Shown here in pieces: positions 53,164 to 61,723 of a DNA stretch of 64,000 nt. The notes below the pieces were generated by a model. The model was not told the DNA's origin. It ran no database searches and worked only from the letters and a program-made list of their open reading frames with translations. Position 1 is the stretch's first letter, and each line of letters starts with the position of its first letter. The stretch is from Alphaproteobacteria bacterium (GTDB lineage: Bacteria > Patescibacteriota > Minisyncoccia > Phycocordibacterales > JABAAK01), in the NCBI GenBank assembly GCA_030054135.1, contig JASGCN010000001.1, forward strand, positions 18,013 through 82,012, in the 5' to 3' direction. Position numbers and translations under genes: made by a program.

Positions 53164-53364
53164 ATGTCCACAATAGGGAAAAACATCAAAAAATTTAGGC
53201 AAGAAAAAGGGCTTTCGCAAGATAAGCTCTCAAAACTTTCTGACCTTTCATTAAATACTGTTGTTAAAATAGAGTTGGACGATACCCCTAACCCTACCAT
53301 TGAGACAATGCAAAGGATCGCGAAAGCCCTTGTAGTATCAGTTGATGATTTACTCAAAAAATAG
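53164..53364 (+). CDS. XRE/Cro-family HTH regulator (candidate R-M controller protein)
   Basis: IGKNIKKFRQEKGLSQ..NPTIETM.RIAKAL; first gene of the R-M operon. Confidence 0.9.
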   Translation: MSTIGKNIKKFRQEKGLSQDKLSKLSDLSLNTVVKIELDDTPNPTIETMQRIAKALVVSVDDLLKK

Positions 53365-53366
53365 TT

Positions 53367-54197
53367 ATGCAAAAAACTACCGAACAAATTAAATACAAAT
53401 CCGTGCAAACAGTTTTCAATAAACCATTTTTTGCTTCCAGCGATGGTGTCATTAAAATTTATCAAAATGATGCCATTAATTTTTTGAAATCATTGCCAGA
53501 TAATAGCGTTGATTTAATAACAACAGACCCTGCATATTCTGGAATGAATCAAATGTTGAAATTAGGAAAAGGTAAAATAATAGGAACCTACAAAGATAAG
53601 GGCGAAAATGGTGCAAAATGGTTTGAGGAATTCCATGATACGGAAAAAAACTATGCCGAATTTTTAAATGAATGTAAAAGAGTTTTAAAGAATGATAGAC
53701 ATATTTATATTATGTTTGACTCCTATTCTTTATTATCTCTTGCACCGATGGTTCGTCAAATTTTTGATGTTAAAAACATTTTATGCTGGGATAAGGCCAA
53801 CATTGGGCTTGGTCATTATTTCAGAAGAAGACACGAGTTTATTCTATTTGCTAGTAAGGGCAAAAGGCACTTAAAATCAAAAGCTATACCAGATGTATGG
53901 AAAATTAAAAGAGTGACTAAAATAAAATATCCAACTCAAAAACCGACAGAAATCTTTGAGTTGATGATTAAAGGAAGTGCCGAAGACGGATTTGTTGTTT
54001 GCGATCCATTTCTAGGAAGCGGTTCGGCGATGATTGCAAGTATAAAAAATAATTGTAATTTTATTGGTTGCGATATTTCTGAAAAATCAATCAATATATC
54101 TAAACAAAGAGCTGAAGAGTTTTTTAAAACTGGAAAAGACATTTTGCAACCCCAATCATTGCTTTCTGATGATAATTTAACCAACAAACTATTTTGA
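53367..54197 (+). CDS. N6A/N4C DNA methyltransferase, beta class
   Basis: SVDLITTDPAY (motif IV variant) precedes YPTQKP and DPFLGSG (motif I). Confidence 0.92.
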   Translation: MQKTTEQIKYKSVQTVFNKPFFASSDGVIKIYQNDAINFLKSLPDNSVDLITTDPAYSGMNQMLKLGKGKIIGTYKDKGENGAKWFEEFHDTEKNYAEFLNECKRVLKNDRHIYIMFDSYSLLSLAPMVRQIFDVKNILCWDKANIGLGHYFRRRHEFILFASKGKRHLKSKAIPDVWKIKRVTKIKYPTQKPTEIFELMIKGSAEDGFVVCDPFLGSGSAMIASIKNNCNFIGCDISEKSINISKQRAEEFFKTGKDILQPQSLLSDDNLTNKLF

Positions 54198-54198
54198 T

Positions 54199-55866
54199 AT
54201 GGCAAATTTAAATAAATCTAAAACAATTTTTGCCTTCACATCGCCGAGAACTATTGAAAAAATAATTCCCGAGATTCAAATTTTGATTGACGGATATACT
54301 GGCAAAAAATGGAATAGTGAAACACAAGAAGCATTTTTTAATGATCTTTTTGGGTCTGAGTTTTATGAGGGAAAAGAAAAACCTAAAGATATAACCTTTG
54401 CTGCAAGAGATAGAATCACAAGAGCTCCGAAAGCACTTGGCTTTGTTGATTTAAAACCAGTCATAAAATTAACCGAGGTAGGACAGCAATTATTAAGTGG
54501 CAAGAGAATAAATGAAGTAATAGCAAGACAGTTATTAAAATTCCAACTACCGTCGCCATATCATAAAGTACCAGAAGAAAGAGATTTTAATGTTCGTCCA
54601 TATTTAGAATTATTGAGACTTGTCAAAACCATAGGCAACATTTCAAAAACAGAAATAGCCATATTTTTTGTACAATTAACAAACTACAAAAAATTTGATG
54701 AGATAGTCCGAGCGATTAAAGAATATAGATCTGATTATTCGGCACATACAGGAAATAAAAAAGCCTTTATTGATTCAATTTTTACAAAAGAGATATTGAA
54801 AATTTATGAAGAAGATATAGAAAACGAAGAATTTAAAGGCAGGCAAGATAATGATACTACTTTGCAAGATTTTATAGCTAGAAAGAAAAGTAATCATATT
54901 GATTATGCAGACGCTCTTATTCGATATTTGAGAGCAACACAACTAATAACTTTTGATAAAAATTTTAGAATTATAGTTGCTCCGTCTCGTAACGCCGAGG
55001 TGGATTTTATTTTGCAAAATATAGAAAGAAAGGCACTATTATTTAAAAATGAACAGACTTTTAAAACTTATTTATTTAGTTCAAGCACTTTAGAGCTATT
55101 AACTGATAAGAGAGAAAACGTAGAAAAACAACTGAGTAAAATTGGAGTTGGTTATGATGAAAAAGCAACAGTTGAAGATCTAAAAGACTTATTAGAAAAA
55201 ACCGAAACGGATAGAGTTAATCAAGCAATAGCTCAAACAGAAAAAGGACTCAAGGACTACAAAGAGTTTGATGATATTTTAAGTATATTCGATAAGATAG
55301 ATCAAAAAATCGTCCCCGACCCCTCGCTATATTTAGAATGGAACATTTGGCGTTCAATGGTAATGATTAACTATGCAAAAAAAGTGCAAGGTAATTTTAA
55401 ACTTGACTTAGACGGAGTCCCACTTAATACCGCTGGGGCAAGAATGCCCGACATAGAGATAGATTATGAGAATTTTAAAATGATCGTTGAAGTTACGATG
55501 TCGTCAGGACAAAAACAATATGACATGGAGGGCGAACCAGTACCAAGACATTTTGGAAACGCCAAAAGTTCAACAAATAAGCCTGTGTATTGTTTGTTTA
55601 TCGCTCCTAAAATAAGCGAGGGAACACTCGCTCACTTTTTTGCATTAAATCAAAAAGCTCCTAAATTTTACGGTGGACAAACAAACATAGTCCCTATGAA
55701 TTTAGGAAATTTTAGGCAATTTATCACAACTGCAAAAAATAATAATTTTAATAATCCAAACAACTTACAAGGATATTTAGATAACTTATTGAAACAAAAT
55801 AGGACGATTGATGATGAAGCTGTATGGTTTAAAAATATCGAGGAGTCGGTCGGTCAATGGGTGTAA
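54199..55866 (+). CDS. AlwI-family type IIS restriction endonuclease (MlyI/PleI/N.BstNBI-like)
   Basis: TSPRT, ARDRITRAPKALGFV, LKFQLPSPYH, catalytic MPDIE..VEVTMS..EGEPVPRH. Confidence 0.85.
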   Translation: MANLNKSKTIFAFTSPRTIEKIIPEIQILIDGYTGKKWNSETQEAFFNDLFGSEFYEGKEKPKDITFAARDRITRAPKALGFVDLKPVIKLTEVGQQLLSGKRINEVIARQLLKFQLPSPYHKVPEERDFNVRPYLELLRLVKTIGNISKTEIAIFFVQLTNYKKFDEIVRAIKEYRSDYSAHTGNKKAFIDSIFTKEILKIYEEDIENEEFKGRQDNDTTLQDFIARKKSNHIDYADALIRYLRATQLITFDKNFRIIVAPSRNAEVDFILQNIERKALLFKNEQTFKTYLFSSSTLELLTDKRENVEKQLSKIGVGYDEKATVEDLKDLLEKTETDRVNQAIAQTEKGLKDYKEFDDILSIFDKIDQKIVPDPSLYLEWNIWRSMVMINYAKKVQGNFKLDLDGVPLNTAGARMPDIEIDYENFKMIVEVTMSSGQKQYDMEGEPVPRHFGNAKSSTNKPVYCLFIAPKISEGTLAHFFALNQKAPKFYGGQTNIVPMNLGNFRQFITTAKNNNFNNPNNLQGYLDNLLKQNRTIDDEAVWFKNIEESVGQWV

Positions 55867-56423
55867 GTATCATTTTTATGACGAGTGATTTGATGACAAT
55901 ACTTAGTTTAATAATCGGAATACTCGGTTTAGTTGTGACTTTGGCTGGGACATATTTTGCCTATATTTCGTTTGTAAATCCGATAATAAGGTTCAAAAAA
56001 TATCTGAAAAATCCTGAAAATTGGGAAAAGTTTCAAGGCATAGACGATCATCTTTCTTTTTATCGCCATAAAAAATATCCTAATTTCCAAATTGTTGTAG
56101 ATTGGGATAAAGAACTTGTGGAAAATTTTCACGAGGAGTGGATAAATGACGGTCTTTATCCCGACAAAACAAACAACGCCTCTTATTATGTTCGGTTAGA
56201 GGCTAATGCAATGTTGTTAGAAAAGGAACTGTTTGTTTCTTTGGACGGACATCGATATTTTGTGCCAGTACCAAAAGTTTTGAGTGTAAAAAATGACGAA
56301 AGAGAGTTTTATTACGACAAGCAACAAGTTCAATTAGCAAAAATTGTTGGACGACATCATTTCGAGAAAGATATTTACGATTTTGCCAAAGAGTGTAAAA
56401 AGCCCATAATGATCAAGGAATAG
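55857..56423 (+). CDS. Hypothetical protein with N-terminal TM helix (island cargo)
   Basis: 188-aa ORF overlapping the REase stop; start may be ATG 55878. Confidence 0.7.
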   Translation: MGVSIIFMTSDLMTILSLIIGILGLVVTLAGTYFAYISFVNPIIRFKKYLKNPENWEKFQGIDDHLSFYRHKKYPNFQIVVDWDKELVENFHEEWINDGLYPDKTNNASYYVRLEANAMLLEKELFVSLDGHRYFVPVPKVLSVKNDEREFYYDKQQVQLAKIVGRHHFEKDIYDFAKECKKPIMIKE

Positions 56424-56437
56424 TTTTTCAATCTAGT

Positions 56438-56626
56438 TGCCCGAAATTCGCCAAAAGAAAACAGCGGAGCAAGCGGAGAATTCCTCCCCAGACCCCTCCT
56501 GCGGGCGGGAAATCAGCCGAGGCAAGGCGAATCCATTCCCCCGATAAATAGTTTCGCCTTGCCTCGTCCGCATTAGTATTTTTAATCATTTGGATTTTCT
56601 TGGAAAAACATTCGAACTTTGTCCAA
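56438..56626 (-). repeat. Right composite inverted end of the island
   Basis: Reverse complement aligns to the left blocks (34/42 for A and 54/62 for C, counted by hand). Confidence 0.9.
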
Positions 56627-56676
56627 CAAACACCGCAATGTATTCAGGAAAGAATAATCTGGTGTATTATAAAAAT

Positions 56677-59154
56677 ATGCAATTTAGTCCTGAAATCTTT
56701 GAAAAAAAGTGGCAACAAAAATGGCAAGAGGACAATGTATATCGGACTGAGAATTTTACTGATACACCACACTGCTTTGTGTTGGATATGTTTCCATATC
56801 CATCGGGAAGCTCAATGCATGTGGGACATCCTCGTGGGTATGTGGCAACAGATATTTACAGTCGCTTTAAAAGAATGAATGGATTTAATGTATTGCACCC
56901 AATGGGATGGGATGCGTTTGGTCTCCCTGCGGAAGAAACTGCAATAGAGAATAAAGAATATCCAACAGAGACAGTGGAGAGAAATATTAAAAAATTTAAA
57001 ATTCAGCTCAATATGCTTGGACTTGGGTACGATTGGTCTCGAGAAATTAATACCACCGATCCTGAATATTATGTGCATACGCAAAGAATTTTTCTTGAAT
57101 TTTTTAAACGAGGGCTTGCAACAAATAAAACTATTCCTGTTAATTGGTGTGAAGAATTGGGCACCGTGCTTGCAAACGAAGACATAGTAGACGGAAAAAG
57201 TGAACGCGGAGGACACCCCGTGTTTCAAAAACCAATGCGTCAATGGATTCTTGCGATTACAAAATATGCAGATCGTCTTATTGATGATTTAGATTTATTA
57301 GATCAATGGCCTGAAAAAATAAAAAATGCACAGCGCAACTGGATTGGTAGAAGTGAAGGACATGAATTTTCTTTTTCAACAAGTGCGGGCATTCCTATTT
57401 CCATATACACTACAAAAATTGAAACGCTCCCGGGTGCCACTTGTGTAGTGGTTGCTCCAGACGGAGAACTCACAGAGCAGTTGCTTGCTACCTCTACCAA
57501 CGCACAACAAATTAAAAACTATATAACACAAAGCAGTCAAAAAACAACTTTAGAAAGACAAGCGGTTACAGAAAAAACAGGAGTAATTATTGAAGGCGTT
57601 ACTGCAACAAATCCATTTACAAAAGAACAAATACCAATTATAGTTTCTGATTATGTACTATCTTCATACGGAACAGGAGCAATTATGGCAGTTCCTGCAC
57701 ATGATGAACGCGATAGTGAAATTGCAAAAGTTTTTAATATAGAATCACGCACAGTAATTGAACATGATGTGCTCGTACACGCGCACGCATTAAATGGAAA
57801 AACGGTTGAGGAGGCGCGAACAATCCTTTCTGACATGGTTGATGCAAAAAAACAAAAACGCTACAAAATTCGTGATTGGGTTTTTTCAAGACAGCGATTT
57901 TGGGGTGAGCCGTTTCCTATTGTATGGATTGAAGGAAAAAATAATTATGAATTAGTAGCACAGGGGCCAGTTGGTGCGTGGCTACCAAAAGAAGCAGTGA
58001 TGTATATTCACGATGGAAAAGAACAATACGCCGTACCAGTATTGCCTGAATTTTTACACACAATGCAATTGCCAAAAGTTGCTTCATATCAGCCAACAGG
58101 AACTCTTGAAGGGCCACTTGCGGGCATTGATACATGGGTCAATGTGTTTCTTGATCCAACAACAGGGGCAATTTCACAAAACAAAGAAACTACACACGCA
58201 ATTCCTGCACGAAGAGAAACAAATACTATGCCTCAATGGGCGGGCTCTTCGTGGTATTGGTTTCGATACATGGATACAAAAAACAAAGAACTTCCTTTTT
58301 CAAAACAATCTGTTGATTACTGGGGGCCGGTACACATATATGCAGGAGCAGATCATGCCGTTGCACATTTGATTTATGCACGGTTCTGGCACAAAGTTAT
58401 GCAAGACGCAGGTATGGTTGATTTTCCAGAGCCATTTACACGATTAGAATTTCTTGGATACATTCTTGCACCAGACGGCTCAAAAATATCAAAAAGAAAA
58501 GGGAACAGTCGTTCTCCAGAAGATGTCATCAACACTGTTGGCGCAGATGCATTTCGTATGTATGAAATGTTTATAGGTCCGTTTGAAAAGTCAGCTCCTT
58601 GGAGTGATGATGGGCTTGTTGGATCACGCAGATTTCTTGAACGAGTGTGGCGTCTGCATGAATCAGTAGTTGAAAAAAATGTAGCCACTACAGATGCACA
58701 CGCACTTTCATCAATTCACAAAACAATACAGAAAGTGGGAAACGACATTGAAACATTTAAATTTAATACTGCCGTTTCAAGTATGATGATTTGCTTAAAT
58801 GAAATACAAGATGTAGATATTGCTGTCGCAGATTTTAAACATTTCATTTCTATTCTTGCACCATTTGCACCACACATAACAGAAGAGATGTGGCATGTGA
58901 TGGGACACACATCGTCAATTCATCTCTCTACATGGCCCACAGTAAATAAAAGTGTCATTCGTCAAGAAAGTATCACAGTACCAATCCAAATTAATGGAAA
59001 AGTACGATCACAAATTGATGTACCGATGGATATGCCTGAAAAAGAACTTGAAACACTTGCTCTTGAAGATGCAGCTATTCAAAAACATCTTTCTGGAAAA
59101 ACCACACAAAAAATAATAATAGTACCTAATCGTATCGTGAATATACTGGTGTAA
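56677..59154 (+). CDS. leuS: Leucyl-tRNA synthetase
   Basis: MFPYPSG..HVGH, GWDAFGLPAE, RDWVFSRQRFWG, KISKRKGN (KMSKS equivalent); start moved to ATG 56677. Confidence 0.97.
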   Translation: MQFSPEIFEKKWQQKWQEDNVYRTENFTDTPHCFVLDMFPYPSGSSMHVGHPRGYVATDIYSRFKRMNGFNVLHPMGWDAFGLPAEETAIENKEYPTETVERNIKKFKIQLNMLGLGYDWSREINTTDPEYYVHTQRIFLEFFKRGLATNKTIPVNWCEELGTVLANEDIVDGKSERGGHPVFQKPMRQWILAITKYADRLIDDLDLLDQWPEKIKNAQRNWIGRSEGHEFSFSTSAGIPISIYTTKIETLPGATCVVVAPDGELTEQLLATSTNAQQIKNYITQSSQKTTLERQAVTEKTGVIIEGVTATNPFTKEQIPIIVSDYVLSSYGTGAIMAVPAHDERDSEIAKVFNIESRTVIEHDVLVHAHALNGKTVEEARTILSDMVDAKKQKRYKIRDWVFSRQRFWGEPFPIVWIEGKNNYELVAQGPVGAWLPKEAVMYIHDGKEQYAVPVLPEFLHTMQLPKVASYQPTGTLEGPLAGIDTWVNVFLDPTTGAISQNKETTHAIPARRETNTMPQWAGSSWYWFRYMDTKNKELPFSKQSVDYWGPVHIYAGADHAVAHLIYARFWHKVMQDAGMVDFPEPFTRLEFLGYILAPDGSKISKRKGNSRSPEDVINTVGADAFRMYEMFIGPFEKSAPWSDDGLVGSRRFLERVWRLHESVVEKNVATTDAHALSSIHKTIQKVGNDIETFKFNTAVSSMMICLNEIQDVDIAVADFKHFISILAPFAPHITEEMWHVMGHTSSIHLSTWPTVNKSVIRQESITVPIQINGKVRSQIDVPMDMPEKELETLALEDAAIQKHLSGKTTQKIIIVPNRIVNILV

Positions 59155-59430
59155 TGATATATTGTGAATATGAAGGAACAAAGAAAAAAAAATAAGACAA
59201 CACAAGATCCTGCATTAAAAAATGCTCGCAGAATAGAGTTATTGGAAAAAAACCATTTAGGAATTATAACAGAAATAGAAAAAAATGAACTCAAAATAGT
59301 AGTATTTTTTATGTTCGTATAGGTTCGTCAATTTCCAGAAAATAGTTAAACAATTTTTTATCTTTCCAAAATAAACGGAGCAATGTGTTTGCAAAACACC
59401 TTCAATTTTTTCACATCTCATTATAAACGA

Positions 59431-59592
59431 GCACGATATATCTCTCACTTCCGTTATTTGAGCCACGAGCGAAGCATTCGGTTTATATTAGAAAACTGTA
59501 ACTGTTTGAGCGTAGCGAGTTTTACAGTTTTCAATATAAGAGAATGCAAAAGCGAGTGTTAGGCGAAAATTGGAAGCGAGAGATATATCTGC
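59431..59592. repeat. Long imperfect hairpin immediately 3' of tRNA-Arg(GCG)
   Basis: GATATATCTCTCACTTCC/GGAAGCGAGAGATATATC outer stem; TTATATTAGAAAACTGTAA/TTACAGTTTTCAATATAA inner stem. Confidence 0.85.
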
Positions 59593-59595
59593 GAG

Positions 59596-59670
59596 TGGCC
59601 TCCCCACCAGGAATCGAACCTGGATCGTACGCTCCGCAAGCGTATGTTCTATCCGTTGAACTACAGGGAG
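59596..59670 (-). tRNA. tRNA-Arg(GCG)
   Basis: CTCCCTG/TGGGGAG acceptor, TACGC-TTGCGGA-GCGTA, GTTCGATTC, encoded CCA. Confidence 0.95.
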
Positions 59671-59672
59671 AT

Positions 59673-59939
59673 CTATGTACCTATTTTTGCAATAGTGGCA
59701 AGTAACCGTGATTTTTTACGGGCACCGTTATTTGCCTTGATGATGCCTCTTTTCACTGCTTTGTCTATCGCTTGTTGCGCAAGAGTGAACAATTTTTTTG
59801 CTTCAGTTTTATTTTTTTCAGTAACAGCTTTTTTTACAGCATGCATAGTGTCTTTCATTGCTCTATCTTTTCGTATATTGAATACGCGCTTATTTTTTGA
59901 AGCACGGAGTGCTTTTTTTGCTGACAATATTATTGGCAT
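59673..59939 (-). CDS. rpsT: 30S ribosomal protein S20
   Basis: SAKKALR, IDKAVKRGIIKANNGARKKSRL. Confidence 0.96.
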   Translation of the reverse strand: MPIILSAKKALRASKNKRVFNIRKDRAMKDTMHAVKKAVTEKNKTEAKKLFTLAQQAIDKAVKRGIIKANNGARKKSRLLATIAKIGT

Positions 59940-60019
59940 ATAAATACTTTAGCATAGCAGTATATCTATACGCTAGAGTGAAAAAGTAGATCAAGATAAT
60001 AACAGAGTATGATAGATAT

Positions 60020-60592
60020 ATGATAGGTTTACTCACAGGAACAATTATCGACGCAGGTAAGGACAATGTGCTTGTTTCCACCGAAGGAGGTGTGGGGTAT
60101 TTAGTACAGGTGACTTCATCAATAAAAAAAGAGCTTCTTGTAAAAAAGAAAGCAACACTCTACACACATCTTGCTATAAAACAAAATGGCATGGATTTGT
60201 ATGGGTTTGCCACACAAAGTGAATATTCTGTTTTTTTGCTCATGTTAACTGTGTCTGGCGTTGGCCCAAAATCTGCGCTTTCAATTCTTTCTCATGCTTC
60301 TCCTGAAGATATACTTATGTGCATTCGTGGGAAAGATAGCAACACTTTGCACCATGTATATGGCATTAGCAAAAAACAGGCAGATAAAATTATTCTTGAA
60401 TTGTCTGGTAAGGTGGATTCAGTTGATGGATATGAGCATAAAGATGTTGCAGATATTGTTATGGTACTGAGTACTTTGGGATATGAAAAAAAAGATATTC
60501 GTGAAGTGGTAATGCAAATTAAAAACAAACAAGCGCCTCTTGAAGAGCAAACACAAGAAGCATTGCGTCTATTGCGTACTCGCACATCATAA
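60020..60592 (+). CDS. ruvA: Holliday junction DNA-binding protein
   Basis: MIGLLTG, GVGYLV, LYGF, VSGVGPKSAL, LSTLGY. Confidence 0.95.
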   Translation: MIGLLTGTIIDAGKDNVLVSTEGGVGYLVQVTSSIKKELLVKKKATLYTHLAIKQNGMDLYGFATQSEYSVFLLMLTVSGVGPKSALSILSHASPEDILMCIRGKDSNTLHHVYGISKKQADKIILELSGKVDSVDGYEHKDVADIVMVLSTLGYEKKDIREVVMQIKNKQAPLEEQTQEALRLLRTRTS

Positions 60593-60614
60593 TGCCAGAT
60601 GATATCATACCAGT

Positions 60615-61652
60615 ATGAAAGCCATTCCAGTGCTCATGATGATTATAGTAGCAGGAATTATTTTTTTATTAGTGCAGGAACAAATTTTTTATGCACGCAG
60701 TGATATTTCTCAAAGCAATGGCACAGGAGACATACTTGTTGATCTTCTTGATGGCGGATCTTTACAAGGAAACACATTTAATACCAGTTCTATTGTCACT
60801 CAAAAAGATGCAGTAGTAGAGCCTCCATTGAATGTCTTCACTGGAAATAACACACTTGCTCTTAAAAAAGGAATTGCGTCAGGACACATTAGCCACACAG
60901 TGCCAGAAAATATAAACGCAACACTTCTTACTGCATATGTTGATTATGTTTCTGCACAATACACACCATCTCCGTTTGCAGGACTGGTTGCTTTCTACGA
61001 TATTCCGTTACGAAAAACAACTGTGGCACAAGAACAAAATGTATTATTGTGGGGGACACATCACATTACCTCTTCAGTAAACATTACTGGTTGGAAGTTG
61101 GTCAATCATCGTACACGCAACTACTACACGCTTCCCAGTGCCATTGAACAATTCAATGTACCTGCGAGTGCTGGTGGATCAGTGCAAGCTCCGTTGCAAT
61201 TGAAAACACAAGACATTGTATTTGTAAATTCAGGACGATCGCCCACGGGGTATTCATTTAAAGTAAATACTTGTACTGGATTTCGAACACAATTTTTTAT
61301 TTTTAATCCACCCATTAAACAACGGTGTCCAAGTCCGCAACAACTACTTGCTGAAAGTGGGTATGAAGCTGGGAGAGATCCGTTGTGTTTAAATGCAGTA
61401 ATAGGATTCCCGCGATGTACTGCGCTTACCACCGCAACACAAGCAACTATTCCACAATCTTGTATTGACATCGTACAGAGACAGGTAACGGAAGAATCCT
61501 GTATCAGACAGAGAAGATTTGATGCAAATTTTCTTGTAAAAGAATGGCGTGTATATTTGGAAAGTGGATCGGCGATATGGCCAACAGCTACCAACAATGC
61601 AATTTATCTATTAGATGCTCAAGATCGTTTGGTTGCAACCTACATTTATTAA
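60615..61652 (+). CDS. Exported hypothetical protein with Cys pairs and lamin-tail-like beta domain
   Basis: N-terminal TM, VNITGWKL, SGRSPTG.SFKVNTCTG, IYLLDAQDRLV. Confidence 0.7.
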   Translation: MKAIPVLMMIIVAGIIFLLVQEQIFYARSDISQSNGTGDILVDLLDGGSLQGNTFNTSSIVTQKDAVVEPPLNVFTGNNTLALKKGIASGHISHTVPENINATLLTAYVDYVSAQYTPSPFAGLVAFYDIPLRKTTVAQEQNVLLWGTHHITSSVNITGWKLVNHRTRNYYTLPSAIEQFNVPASAGGSVQAPLQLKTQDIVFVNSGRSPTGYSFKVNTCTGFRTQFFIFNPPIKQRCPSPQQLLAESGYEAGRDPLCLNAVIGFPRCTALTTATQATIPQSCIDIVQRQVTEESCIRQRRFDANFLVKEWRVYLESGSAIWPTATNNAIYLLDAQDRLVATYIY

Positions 61653-61654
61653 TA

Positions 61655-61723
61655 TTATAAAAAATATATTGCAAGCCCAAGTGAAATAATTCCAATAATG
61701 ATGAGATCTGATTCAACCTTCAT
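61655..61723 (-). CDS. Candidate 22-aa single-TM microprotein
   Basis: MKVESDLIIIGIISLGLAIYFL with TATACT 6 nt upstream of the ATG. Confidence 0.45.
   Translation of the reverse strand: MKVESDLIIIGIISLGLAIYFL

Larger units (their letters stand above)
52705..56646. mobile_element. tRNA-Ser-linked restriction-modification island with direct repeats and composite inverted ends, no recombinase
   Basis: CCGCAATGTATTCA at 52705-52718 and 56633-56646; inverted blocks 52719-52760/56585-56626, 52923-52988/56510-56574 and 53020-53081/56438-56499. Confidence 0.88.

Noticed and set aside
52610-53198. Several 68-171 aa ORFs over tRNA-Ser and the island left end
   Set aside because: They overlap a tRNA and GC-rich hairpins, have no protein motifs and are explained by the repeat structure
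56590-56676. N-terminal extension of LeuS
   Set aside because: It runs through the island's right end; LeuS homology and a -10 box point to ATG 56677
59170-59322. 50-aa ORF after leuS with TATATT-N6-ATG
   Set aside because: It fits the leaderless pattern but is low complexity with no motif; too weak to call
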